DNA from: a virus
Virus record (IMG/VR): IMGVR_UViG_3300028833_000004
DNA: 64,000 bases
Direction: 5' to 3' (one strand)
Shown: positions 49,596 through 59,336 of the stretch, piece by piece
Position numbering within the stretch: the stretch's first letter is position 1
How the letters are laid out: each line of letters starts with the position of its first letter
Position numbers and translations under genes: made by a program
Notes under the pieces: generated by a model
The model's input: only the letters and a program-made list of their open reading frames with translations
What the model was told of the DNA's origin: nothing
Database searches by the model: none

Positions 49596-49901
49596 TTACA
49601 GCTATTTGATTTCCTCTTTAGCTATATCAAGATCAAGTTTAGTCCAAGTTAATTCTTTTAATCCCACCTATTTCCTCCCTTTTGGAATTACTCCTAAGGA
49701 TACCCAAGCATCGAATGTAGATCTCCCCATATTCATATATTTACACGCCTCAATCTTACTTAAAATAGCTGTTTGGTCATTCTATGATAAAATTTCTAAA
49801 GATTGGATTAACTAATCCTAAGTAAGTTTAGAATGTCCGGCATCTATTTTATCTGCTGTTTGGCGTAAATAATCCGAAAGGGTCTTTAATAAAAAATCCA
49901 T
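49596..49901 (-). CDS. Small helix-turn-helix DNA-binding protein (101 aa with TAG as sense), excisionase/AlpA/MerR-like HTH
   Basis: ATG 49899-49901 to TAA 49596-49598. The frame was inspected. LSKIEACKYMNMGRSTFDAWVSLGVIPKGRK*VGLKELTWTKLDLD follows the HTH_17 pattern (..eaa.yl.vSrstiyrw...G.iP....g.r..f....l). Confidence 0.55.
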
Positions 49902-50076
49902 ATAACAATAAAAATGTATTAATTAATAAAAATAATATAATGAGATAATAACTCCAAACTGGTATTAATAACAATTCAATAATAACAGTATAGACTAATA
50001 ATCTATGATAGAAACAGAAATTAAGGGCGTCAGAAGCTAGGATCATTACTAATAACCCCATTATAGGTGGAGTCAT
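49849..50076 (-). CDS. Small multi-pass membrane protein (75 aa from ATG 50074-50076; up to 115 aa from ATG 50194-50196 through one TAG); holin-like candidate
   Basis: Frame-1 ORF ending at TAA 49849-49851. Three long hydrophobic runs (GLLVMILASDALNFCFY, LLVYTVIIELLLIPVWSYYLIILFLLINTFLLLYGFFI). It is the only open frame across 49902-50029 and overlaps both neighbours out of frame. Confidence 0.45.
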   Translation of the reverse strand: MTPPIMGLLVMILASDALNFCFYHRLLVYTVIIELLLIPVWSYYLIILFLLINTFLLLYGFFIKDPFGLFTPNSR

Positions 50077-50323
50077 TAGGATTATTTTCGGAAGCAATAA
50101 TAGTAATAGTAGTTCTAGGCTGATCTAAATCAAGATAATAGCTGGAAGAAATTTGAGTGCCCTTAGGAACCACTTCCTTATTTCTAGAATATTCATTTAA
50201 TTTTTCTTTAATAAATTTAACTAACTGACGTATATTATACCATCTATCCGGGTATTCAACTATATGCTGATTCCCCTAAGGATCTATTATCTTAGTTCTT
50301 ATATATCCATCTTGTGTTCCCAT
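50030..50323 (-). CDS. Hypothetical protein (97 aa, one in-frame TAG)
   Basis: ATG 50321-50323 to TGA 50030-50032. The frame was inspected. Confidence 0.5.
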
Positions 50324-50453
50324 AAATTACTTTGGTAAATTATCAAATAATTCTTGTATAGTATTTTTCAAGTTATCTATCTCCAGATATTAGTCTAAAC
50401 AGTTTGTTAGACTCTTCTGCTGCAAAATTGACTGTTTGAATCCTGCCTTTGGC

Positions 50454-50993
50454 TTAGACAGATTCACTGCCTTCAAGAGCAGCAATGCGGCTTTCTAAAT
50501 TATGTATAGAACTCCAGAGCCCAGAGTCGTCGTAACTGCCTGGCCCACCACCGCTTTGTTCTAGATTCTGTATGCGACTCTCATGGTCGCTAACAGATGA
50601 TTCCAAGCTACTTATTTGGTCACTTAGAACAGAACTATCAGGTAAAAATTGCCAGGAATCCTCCTACCAAGTATATTTTCTATATCTTAGAAAAATACCA
50701 TAAGTAGCCGCAAATACACTTATAACTAATATAGCATTATCATTCTCTCTATAGACTGTTAAAGTTGCAGGAAATTTTGCATCAGGAGTAAATACAAATT
50801 GGCCAGATTCAAAATTATCTTTTGGTGTAAGTATTACATTATAAATACCTGCGGGTAAATTTTCAAATGGAGTACCTGAATCTGTCCGCTCAATATTTAA
50901 CTCCTCAAGATTATTCATATCAATCTTAGCTAAAATAGTTTTATTTATAGCCTAACCTGCCTAATGTTGATTAATTGAGTAAATTTTGTTCAT
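50454..50993 (-). CDS. Small fibre-like protein (179 aa with TAG as sense) with a C-terminal coiled-coil (..SRIQNLEQSGGGPGSYDDSGLWSSIHNLESRIAALEGSESV)
   Basis: ATG 50991-50993 to TAA 50454-50456. Track ORF 50664-50918 ends at a TAG, and beyond it the frame continues into a plausible trimerisation-type tail. Confidence 0.55.
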
Positions 50994-51042
50994 AATCCAC
51001 AAGTTTTTCTATTTCTTTTTTATCTTATTATAAATTTAAATA

Positions 51043-51894
51043 TTATTCATAACTTTCTACTCCCGGTATAAATCCAGTACATTTATCATATTCAAAAGCA
51101 CAATATTCGTAATCACCACATTTATTACAATCTGGCCTCTTTTTCTCCAAATTAATATCCATACAAGCTTTCATTAATTTAGCTTTATCTGACTGATTGA
51201 CTAATGCCGGAATATCTTTATTTAAACAATGAGAATCATAATATGGTTTTTCAGGATCTACATAAGTATGTGAATCTCCCATACGCTAATCCATAATAAA
51301 TATTTCCCTCAATTCAGGATAATTAATTCCAAATTCTTTAGCAATATCTGCAAACTCACAACAGAAAGTTACTTTTAATCCTAAGAAACAATTCTCCATA
51401 TATTTTGCTAATTCCGCAGTTTTATAATCTGTATATTTAATCCTAAATGTCCCATCTTTAATTTTGGCATACATATTAGCAAGAATATTTAAATCATTTT
51501 TATCTCCGGCTAATATCACAAAGTTAGGATGTGCAGGAGCATGTACTGTAGTTCCATAATATTCTGGAGAAAATACTAAATGAGAGTTATATTTCTCTTT
51601 AAAGTATTCAGATGCCCCTATTGGAATTGTAGATTTAATAACAATAATATTAGCCTTAGTAGCTTTTATTGCTTCTTCTACAACATTTATTTGTACACAA
51701 CCATTTTCATCATTATCTGTAGGAACACATATAAACGCAATATCATATGTTATATCTTTTTTATTAGATACTTCTGGTTTAAAAGGATCAGAAATATCTA
51801 TTGTAAATCCTTTTTTAAGTAAAGGTTTTAAATCATCATAAACATGAGTACCTATATTTCCATACCCAACAATTAATAAATTCATTGTAGTCAT
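51043..51894 (-). CDS. Truncated UDP-glucose/GDP-mannose dehydrogenase-family protein (283 aa, one in-frame TAG) with a Cys-rich C-terminus
   Basis: Track ORFs 51286-51894 and 51043-51282 are in one frame, separated by TAG plus one codon. Rossmann N-terminus LLIVGYGNIG, FICVPT, VIKSTIPIG, SPEYY, TAELAKYMENCFLGLKVTF, then D[TAG]RMG and SHCLNKD (catalytic-Cys motif, C at 51226-51228). The usual C-terminal UDP-binding domain is replaced by CNKCGDYEYCAFEYDKC. Confidence 0.65.
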
Positions 51895-51909
51895 AATTAT
51901 ATATATTTA

Positions 51910-54177
51910 TTATATGTTAATTCCTTGAATATTTGTAAATCGTGACCAATAATTTGCGTTTGCATAATCACTTTCAGATCCAACTGGAACATACAATGGT
52001 GTTGATCTTGGTACATTATACCAAGTTTTTGATCGTATTGTTGGTGGGGTCATTGCTTCACATGTTATGGAGGTCAAACCTGCGCAACCGTAGAAAGCAT
52101 TCTCCTCAATATTTGTCACATTATTACCAATCGTTACAGACTTCAAACCTTTGCAACCTTCGAAAGCGTGCTCTCCGATACTTGTAACGCTATCAGGGAT
52201 AGTTATAGACGTCAAACCGATGCAATCTCGGAAAGCCCAATTTCCGATACTTATTACACCGTTACCAATCGTAACCGAAGTCAAACCTTTGCAACCGTTG
52301 AAGGCCGACAGTCCAATACTTGTGACACTATCTGGAATCGTTACGGTGGTCAAACCTTTGCAACCGGCGAAAACGCACCGTTCAATACTTGTAATGCTAT
52401 TTGGGATCGTTATAGATGTCAACCCAGCGTCATCGAAAGCATACTCTCCAATATTTGTTACACTATCCGGAATTGTTATGGAGGTCAAACCTACGCAATC
52501 CTCGAAAGCATGATTTCCAATACTCGTTACACCGTCAGGAATTACGGTGCTTTGACAACCTGCTATTAATTTATTAGAACTAGTTTCTATAATTGCGTTA
52601 CAATTATCTCGGCTATCATATATTGTATTTTCACTATTCACAATAATAGATGTCAAACCAGTACAGCTCAGGAAAGCATCTTCTCCAATACTGTTTACAC
52701 TATTGCCAATTGTTACTGACATCAGACCACTACAATAAGAGAAGGTATTTTTTCCAATGCTTGTGACGCCGTCGGGGATGACTATGGACGCCAAACTACT
52801 GCAACCATAGAAAGCATAAATTCCAATGCTTGTGACGCTATCGGAAAGGTTTATAGAAGTCAAAGCTTTGCAGTCCTAGAAAGCCCCGCTTCCAATGCTT
52901 GTGACGGCATCGGGAATGGTTATAGAGGTCAAAGCTTTGCAGCCCTCGAAAGCATCACTTCCAATGCTTGTAACGCCATTGCCAAGCGTTACAGAGGTCA
53001 AACTGGTGCACTCATAGAAAGCATTGCTTCCAATGCTTGTGACGGCATCGGGAATGGTTATAGAAGTCAAACTGCTACAATTGCGGAAAGTTTCCTCTTT
53101 TATGCTTGTGAGGGCATTGGAGAGGGTTATGGAAGCCAGACTGCTGCAACCGTTGAAAGCATTAATTCCAATGCTTGTGGCGCCATCGGGAATGATTATA
53201 GAGGTCAATCCGGTGCAACCATAGAAAGCACTTTCTCCAATACTTGTTACACTATTTGGAATTGTGACTGATGTCAGACTGCTACAACTAATGAAAGCAT
53301 ACTCTCCAATACTCGTTACACTATTGCCAATTGTTGCTGAGGCCAGACGGCTGCAATTAGAGAAAGCCCCATATCCAATACTCGTTACACTATTGGGAAT
53401 TGTTACTGAAGTCAGATTGAAACACCCAGAGAAAGCACTATTTCCAATACTTGTTACTCTATTGCCAATTGTGACTGATGTCAGACTGCTGCAACCAGAG
53501 AAAGCATACTCTCCAATACTTTTAACGCTGTTGGGAATAGTGACAGAGGTTAAATCGCATATTGCGAAAGCAGAAGCTCCAATGCTTTTAACGCTATTTG
53601 GAATTTCTATTGAGGTCAAACCGCTACAACCATTGAAAGCCTGATCTCCAATACTGGTGACACTATTAGGAATCTCAATGGAGGTCAGACGGTAACGCAT
53701 ATAGAAAGCTCTATATCCGATGTTTGTAACATCTTCTTTGAATTTGATTACACCTTTTCCAGTATCCGAATCAAATTCATTAGTATCAATTTCTGGTAAT
53801 GAACTTGTTTGAGATGGCTAAATTTTACTCGTTGCTGTATATCTAATTATATCACCTCTTTCTTTAATAACAGCAGCACCATTCTCTACAACTATTTTAC
53901 AATCCTCCTAATTGCACTCTAATAACTGCTGACTCTCTTTAATATAGCAACTAAATGGAACGGATTCAATGATATATTTATCCGCATCATTTAATGTTTC
54001 AAAAATAACATCAACTTTATTAATAATTTCCGCTTGATTATTATTTATAATAACCATTTTATTAGCAATAGAACAGTATAATACCTAATCAGTTTCTTCA
54101 ACGTATCCTACCCAAGGTATATCTTCTATTACATAACCATTTGCTTCTGCAAGTGTTTTAAAATAACTTAAATTCAT
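51910..54177 (-). CDS. BspA-type leucine-rich-repeat (LRR_5-like) adhesin or fibre protein (755 aa with TAG as sense)
   Basis: ATG 54175-54177 to TAA 51910-51912. Track ORFs 51910-52863 and 52876-53700 are joined in frame by a TAG that falls inside a repeat unit (GSGAF*DCKALTSI versus AFEGCKALTSI). About 25 units of about 23 aa follow the pattern xAFxxCxxLTSVTIPxSVTSIG. Confidence 0.75.
52060..53745 (-). repeat. Tandem ~69-nt (23-aa) LRR coding repeats
   Basis: Periodic ..acttgt(g/t)ac(g/a)c.. / ..ccaat(a/g)ct.. strings. Both antisense and alternative frames stay open, which explains plus-strand track ORFs 52151-52513, 52168-52569, 53024-53224 and 53264-53644. Confidence 0.75.
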
Positions 54178-54178
54178 A

Positions 54179-54892
54179 TTAATATACTAAAATTACATCA
54201 TTTCTTTTCTTATACATTATCTATCCAAATGTCTAAAATATAGTACATTCTGTATCTAATTTTACAAGATTATAAGCAGATGTATAATTGCAATAATTCT
54301 TATAAATGTTTCTAACAATAAATTGTTCACTATTCCATTTATTCATAGGTTGTGTTTTATAAAACTCATTAACCTTCTCATAAAATTCAATTAATGCTTC
54401 TTTATAACCAATACAACATCCTGCATTTAAATATCTGAATTTAGATGAGTGCTACCTAACAGGAGTATCTCCAAAATATCCGGGATAATTATTCTTAGAA
54501 GCATTGAATACTATACCAGCATTAAAAGATTTAAATTTCTCAATAAGACTATCCCAATTATCAATTACTACATCATATCCATCCAATATAAGAATATATT
54601 TAGTTTCTATTTCTTTCAATGCTTTTAATATACATTCTATTTTATAAGGATTAGACCACTTTTCTTCTCTAGGAATATAACAATTTATAATTGGTATATT
54701 ATTTTCTTTTAATTGCTAATATAATACGCATTTATTATCATCTGTCCAAATTGATAATATTGTAAGATCGTCTGGAGCCTAAGATAACTTATGACTCCAG
54801 ATGTCCTACATAAAATCATTAAATACTATAGAAGTACTTCCTTGAAAATGCGCTATATTAAACTTTTTATGGCTGCGATTGAGAAATTGCAT
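54179..54892 (-). CDS. Putative DxD glycosyltransferase (237 aa with TAG as sense)
   Basis: ATG 54890-54892 to TAA 54179-54181, one nt before the next ATG. The frame was inspected. YILILDGYDVVI (DxD-like) and RYLNAGCCIGYKEAL resemble the D-x-D and LNsGgfiG pair of lysyl-hydroxylase-type and viral glycosyltransferase domains, as recalled. Confidence 0.5.
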
Positions 54893-57800
54893 TTATTCTA
54901 TCATTTAAGTCATTTAAAGCTGCGGCAATTACAATAGCTGTTTCTGGTGTTAATCCTGATTCTTGAGAACCTAATTGTAATAATAACTATTGTAAAGATT
55001 TACCAGATTGTGGATTAGAACCATCATAATCACCAACTCCTTTTATAAATATACTACCATCTGTTGTAATTTCAAGAGCATTTCTATGATCTCCATCAGA
55101 TTCACCAACACCGACAGAATGAATTGTTTTTAGTTTAGATGATACTGGACGGATTGAGCAACCGAACCTCTTATCAGTAACTATATTATCGGCGTATACC
55201 TCATCAAATTTTCCATATAATATATCAGCATTCGCACCATTACAAGAAGAAGTAAAATAATATAAATATCCTTCCAAATCTTCAAGTGCTTGTCCATTTA
55301 TCAATCCTGCTGCAGGCAAGAAAATATATAAATCAGAATCAGACTTATTTATAAATTTCCACCCATTTACTCCATTAACAGATGTCCATTCATTGTCTGT
55401 ATGTTCAATTAACTCCTCAAAATCCTTTTTACTTGGAATTCTCCAGTTTTCTCCAAGAGTTTTCGCTGCAATATCATCTTCTAATACTAATCTTGTTAAT
55501 TCGTCTGGGTCTGGTGTAGAACCTCCCCACTAATCAGAATCTGTACAATATTTTGTTAATGTACTATTTGTTCCATTACACCATTTATAAGTACTCCAAT
55601 CATAGGTTCCCTTAGTCTCTGTTTCGCCCCACGCATAGTAATCACCATAATCTTCTGGATTTTGAGCGCCAATATTACAAGTTGCCCATAAATTGCCAGA
55701 AGGCAAATCAAGATCTACATACTCGACAGAAGTGTTTATATGTACATCGTTGGATTTATTACATCTACCTTCAGCATGTTCTGCTTTATGAGTAGCTTTT
55801 GTATACCATCCTTCTGCGTGGGAATATTTTTCTTTTGCTTGTGTGTTAAAACCTTCTGAATGTGCACCACGATTTAATGCTCTAGTGTGCTCTCCTTCAG
55901 CATGTGCATATGTTCCTTCAGTATATGTTTCTCCACCTTCTGCATGTGCACCATATCCATAGTATTCTAAACGTTGAACTTGGTATTCTCTATTTGGATA
56001 TGCGTTTATATATTGTTGTAGATTATCATAATTAAAAACTTCTGGATAATCACCACTACTTCTATTTTCATGTCCTCCAGAATCACCCCAGTAGTCTATA
56101 TTATACCTAGGAGAAATTTCCAGGTATGGATAGTTCTCTGAGTAAACTATAAAATTATGAAATCTAACTCCTTTCTAATGGGGGGCCCAAAAAAGCTATA
56201 CACTAGAAAGTTTTCTTTCATCAAATGAATGAATTAAAGAATTATAATCCCCGCTAATTAACTATAGTGTTACATGATTATTTGAAGAATTATAAGAACT
56301 TAATTTTACAACAGCATTTCTATCAGTATATACTTCTTTGCTCTAAATAAACGTTTTCCATCCTTCTGCATGAGAATATTTCGAATCAGTTTGTGTCTCA
56401 TATCCTTCTGTATGAGAACCTTCAGAATGATCATTTACAAAAGTATTTATACCTTCGGCATGAGCACCAATACTTAAAGATTTAGAATCAACACCTTCGG
56501 CATGAGCGGCGTCTCCATCTGCTCTAGTGTTTATACCTTCTGAGTGTGATGCAGTTTGAGCTGCAGCTGTATCTTTACCTTCAGCGTGTGCTGCTACCTA
56601 CCATTCTTCAGAATGGTCAGAAGAACTTACATCTTCAAAATTACCTTCTGTAGAAGTATTATATCCTTCAGCATGAGAATATGCCCCACGCGCATTACAG
56701 CGAGTTCCCTCAGCATGAGATCCTATTCCAGAAGCTTGTGAATCTTCTCCTTCTGCGTGTGACCAATCTCCTTGTGCAGAACTTGATTTTCCTTCTCCGT
56801 GAGCAAAATTTCCAGATGCTTTTGTATCGATGCCTTCTGTGTGTGAATATTCACCTTCGACTTGAGTTTGCTTACCTTCAGCATGTGAACCAAATGTATA
56901 AGCAGCAGTGCCATAACCTTCCGCATGTGAGTTACCACCAAACGCTCTTGTCTTAAATCCTTCAGAGTGTGCATTTGTGCCAGTTGCTTGTGTTCTTTCT
57001 CCTTCTGCATGCGAATGTAAACCAGAAGCATCTGATAAGTATCCTTCAGCGTGAGAATCTTTGCCAGTAGCGCTAGTTTTGATATAGATAGCCTCGTTGA
57101 TAGGCAGTGTTACTTCTCTATCAATTGTTATTTCTTCTCCATATTGATCTATTAAGGTAACAATGCCAATTATACTTCCATCAGCTTTATATAAAGGTCT
57201 GCCGATCCAGCCATTTACTTTATTTTCTTTTTCAACATCGTACACATTTGGAACATCGGCAGAATCACTTAGTGACATGTCAAAATCACTAAAAAAGTCA
57301 GATCCCGCTAAAAAATTTTTAGCCGAATCAGATGCGCCGAAATCAGAATCAATTGATGATTGATGATATATTCTAATGATGTTAGAGTTGTCTACTGAGT
57401 TAAAAGTTCTAAACAATGTTATATGTCCACCTTCGCCTTCTGCATGAGATGCTGTACCAAATGATGTTGTATATTGTCCTTCTGCATGCGAGGAATTTCC
57501 AGTTGCACTAGTAAATTCCCCTTCTGAATGAGAGTAATCACCATCTGCTTCTGTATCTTTACCCTCTGCATGAGAGGCCTCCCCGTTTGTAACCGTGAAC
57601 TAACCTCCTGCATGTGAATAGTTACCTGATGCTGTTGTACCGTAACCTTCTGCGTGTGAACCTTCACCAGATGCTGTTGTACTGTTACCTTCTGCATGAG
57701 AACAGTATTCAGAAGCTGTTGTATCGTTACCTTCTGCGTGCGAACCTTCACCAGATGCTGTTGTACCGGTACCCTCTGCGTGTGAATAGTCATCTGATGC

Positions 57801-59324
57801 TGTTGTAGATTCACCTTCTGCATGAGAACAGTATTCAGAAGCTGTTGTATTGCTACCTTCTGCATGTGAACAATCACCTGATGCTATTGTGCTTGCTCCT
57901 TCAGCATGTGAATAGTTACCTGAAGCTGTAGTACTTTCACCTTCTGCATGTGAAGGACTACCTGATGCTGTTGTACCGTTACCTTCTGCATGAGAATCAT
58001 TACCCGATGCTGTCGTTTCTTCTCCTTCTGCATGTGAATAGTAACCTGATGCTGTTGTAGTTTTTCCTTCTGCATGAGAACAGTAACCTGATGCTGTCGT
58101 TTCTTCTCCTTCTGCGTGTGAGTAGTCCTCTGATGCTGTTGTGTTGTAACCTTCCGCGTGAGAATCATTACCTGAAGCTGTAGTACTTTCACCTTCTGCA
58201 TGTGAATAGTTACCTGATGCTGTTGTACCGTAACCTTCTGCGTGTGAACTTTCACCAGATGCTGTCGTTTCTTCTCCTTCTGCATGTGAAGCGTCACCTT
58301 TTGATCCACATACACGTTTCCAATAATAGGTCACTCCATCAGTTAATGAACCAGTATCAATATTGAAATAATCTCCATCATAATTACTTGTATAATAATA
58401 GCGACATATAGTGATTTTAGAAACTAGTTGAGTGCATTCACTATCGCTATAAATCCAGCCTTGAGACCCATAACCGTCATCTATATTATCACTATGATCA
58501 CAATACGTAAAAGTAATTCCGGTTTTAGCTTTAATTTTGTTTTGTTCTTCCGTTCCGATAACAGAACATACAAAGGATACGATTTCGTCTGAAATTAATC
58601 CTTGTCCTTCTGCATGTGAATAGTTACCTGAAGCTGTCGTATTATATCCTTCTGCTACAGCACTTAGTCCCGTAGCCGTGTTAAAGAGTTCTTGTCCACC
58701 GTCTTCTTCATTCTGTCTATATTCGGTTGCAAATGAACCAGTCGTACTATCATATATATACCCTTTAGCAGAAATCTCAGTAGTTCCATCCTAATTGTCT
58801 GTAATAGTTATATTATTACCAGTAACTAGATTATGTGACACTTCATTATCTTCAATCTAAATACCTTGGCCAGATGTATAAGGTGCCCCAGCATTAACTG
58901 CAGATATTGTAAATCGTGGATTATCAGTAGATTGTGTACCCTCAACTGGAGTTATCTTAATATTTTCTCCAACTTCATAAGTTGTATCCTTAGCATTAAG
59001 GAAATTATTAGAATCTACCCTTAGATTATTATTAACATTAATTGCGATGAATTTTTCAAATTCATACTAAGTGTCCTAAACATCTATACCTGTTCCTCCA
59101 ATATAATTAGTTTGAAACTCTCCTAATCCATAAATCTTTCCCCGGGCCCAAATAACTTTTAAACCGTCCACATAATTTTGACCAAATGCTCTATCGTTCT
59201 AACAGGTTATAAATGCGATACTATTTTCATCAATGATGTTAGTATCCTTAATATTTTGGATACTAACATCATTATTATTAAAAATAGTATGTAATCCTAT
59301 TATATTACAAAATTTCTTTGCCAT
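54867..59324 (-). CDS. Tail fibre/adhesin (1,485 aa with TAG as sense): about 45 SHAEG-type 14-aa beta-roll repeats (YadA/Hep_Hag-like) plus a C-terminal lectin-like domain (Fib_succ_major/DUF1566-like)
   Basis: ATG 59322-59324 to TAA 54867-54869. The frame was inspected. Track ORFs 57600-58334, 56598-57416 and 54987-55319 are same-frame fragments. C-terminal LPSGNLWATCNIGA..GDYYAWGE..WRIPSKKDFEEL..IFLPAAG..RFGCSIRPV fits the Bacteroidota paralogous-domain pattern. Confidence 0.7.
55750..57070 (-). repeat. Three further, more degenerate blocks of the same 14-aa SH(A/S/T)EG repeat
   Basis: Blocks at about 56640-57070, 56350-56600 and 55750-55965 (e.g. GNSHAEGYGTAAYTFGSHAEGKQTQVEGEYSHTEG). Confidence 0.7.
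57425..58300 (-). repeat. Near-perfect tandem array of 42-nt units encoding xxTTASGxxSHAEG (about 21 copies)
   Basis: Read directly from the translation of track ORF 57600-58334 and its continuation. All three frames and the antisense strand lack stops here. Confidence 0.85.
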
Positions 59325-59336
59325 AATTAATCATTT

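Noticed and set aside
3758-49815. Other plus-strand track ORFs (e.g. 3758-3970, 9931-10122, 12624-12815, 13746-13937, 14552-14836, 16169-16378, 17849-18202, 20987-21280, 29080-29346, 41359-41736, 47433-48142, 48712-48945, 49606-49815).
   Set aside because: Each lies antisense to a long, coherent minus-strand frame. The peptides are low-complexity or hydrophobic, as expected from antisense AT-rich coding DNA, and none has flanking start or stop architecture.
49596-50323. A complete lysis cassette (holin, endolysin, spanin).
   Set aside because: Only a small hydrophobic ORF is present. I recognised no muramidase, amidase or peptidase motifs nearby, so only a holin-like candidate is reported, at low confidence.
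50380-50460. A possible suppressor tRNA, suggested by the gtttgaatcc string (T-arm-like) and a stem-loop containing CTA.
   Set aside because: No cloverleaf can be drawn. The stem is 7 bp with an 8-nt loop, there is no acceptor or D arm, and part of the region is the coding end of gene 50454-50993. No gap in the window shows a tRNA-like sequence.
51942-53644. Plus-strand ORFs 51942-52187, 52151-52513, 52168-52569, 53024-53224 and 53264-53644.
   Set aside because: They are antisense to the LRR repeat array. Their periodic peptides mirror the repeat, and the sense frame has a clear LRR consensus.
55750-58300. The regular 42-nt periodicity could be taken for a CRISPR-like array.
   Set aside because: The units are contiguous with no unique spacers, lie inside one long open frame and encode a coherent 14-aa protein repeat.
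57419-58315. Minus-strand track ORFs 57419-57877, 57884-58315 and 56723-57031, and plus-strand ORFs 56681-56956 and 57614-57808, overlapping the fibre gene.
   Set aside because: They are alternative frames or the antisense of the 42-nt SHAEG repeat. That repeat has no stops in any frame, and their peptides are low-complexity (HTQKV.., LLYR..) echoes of the repeat.
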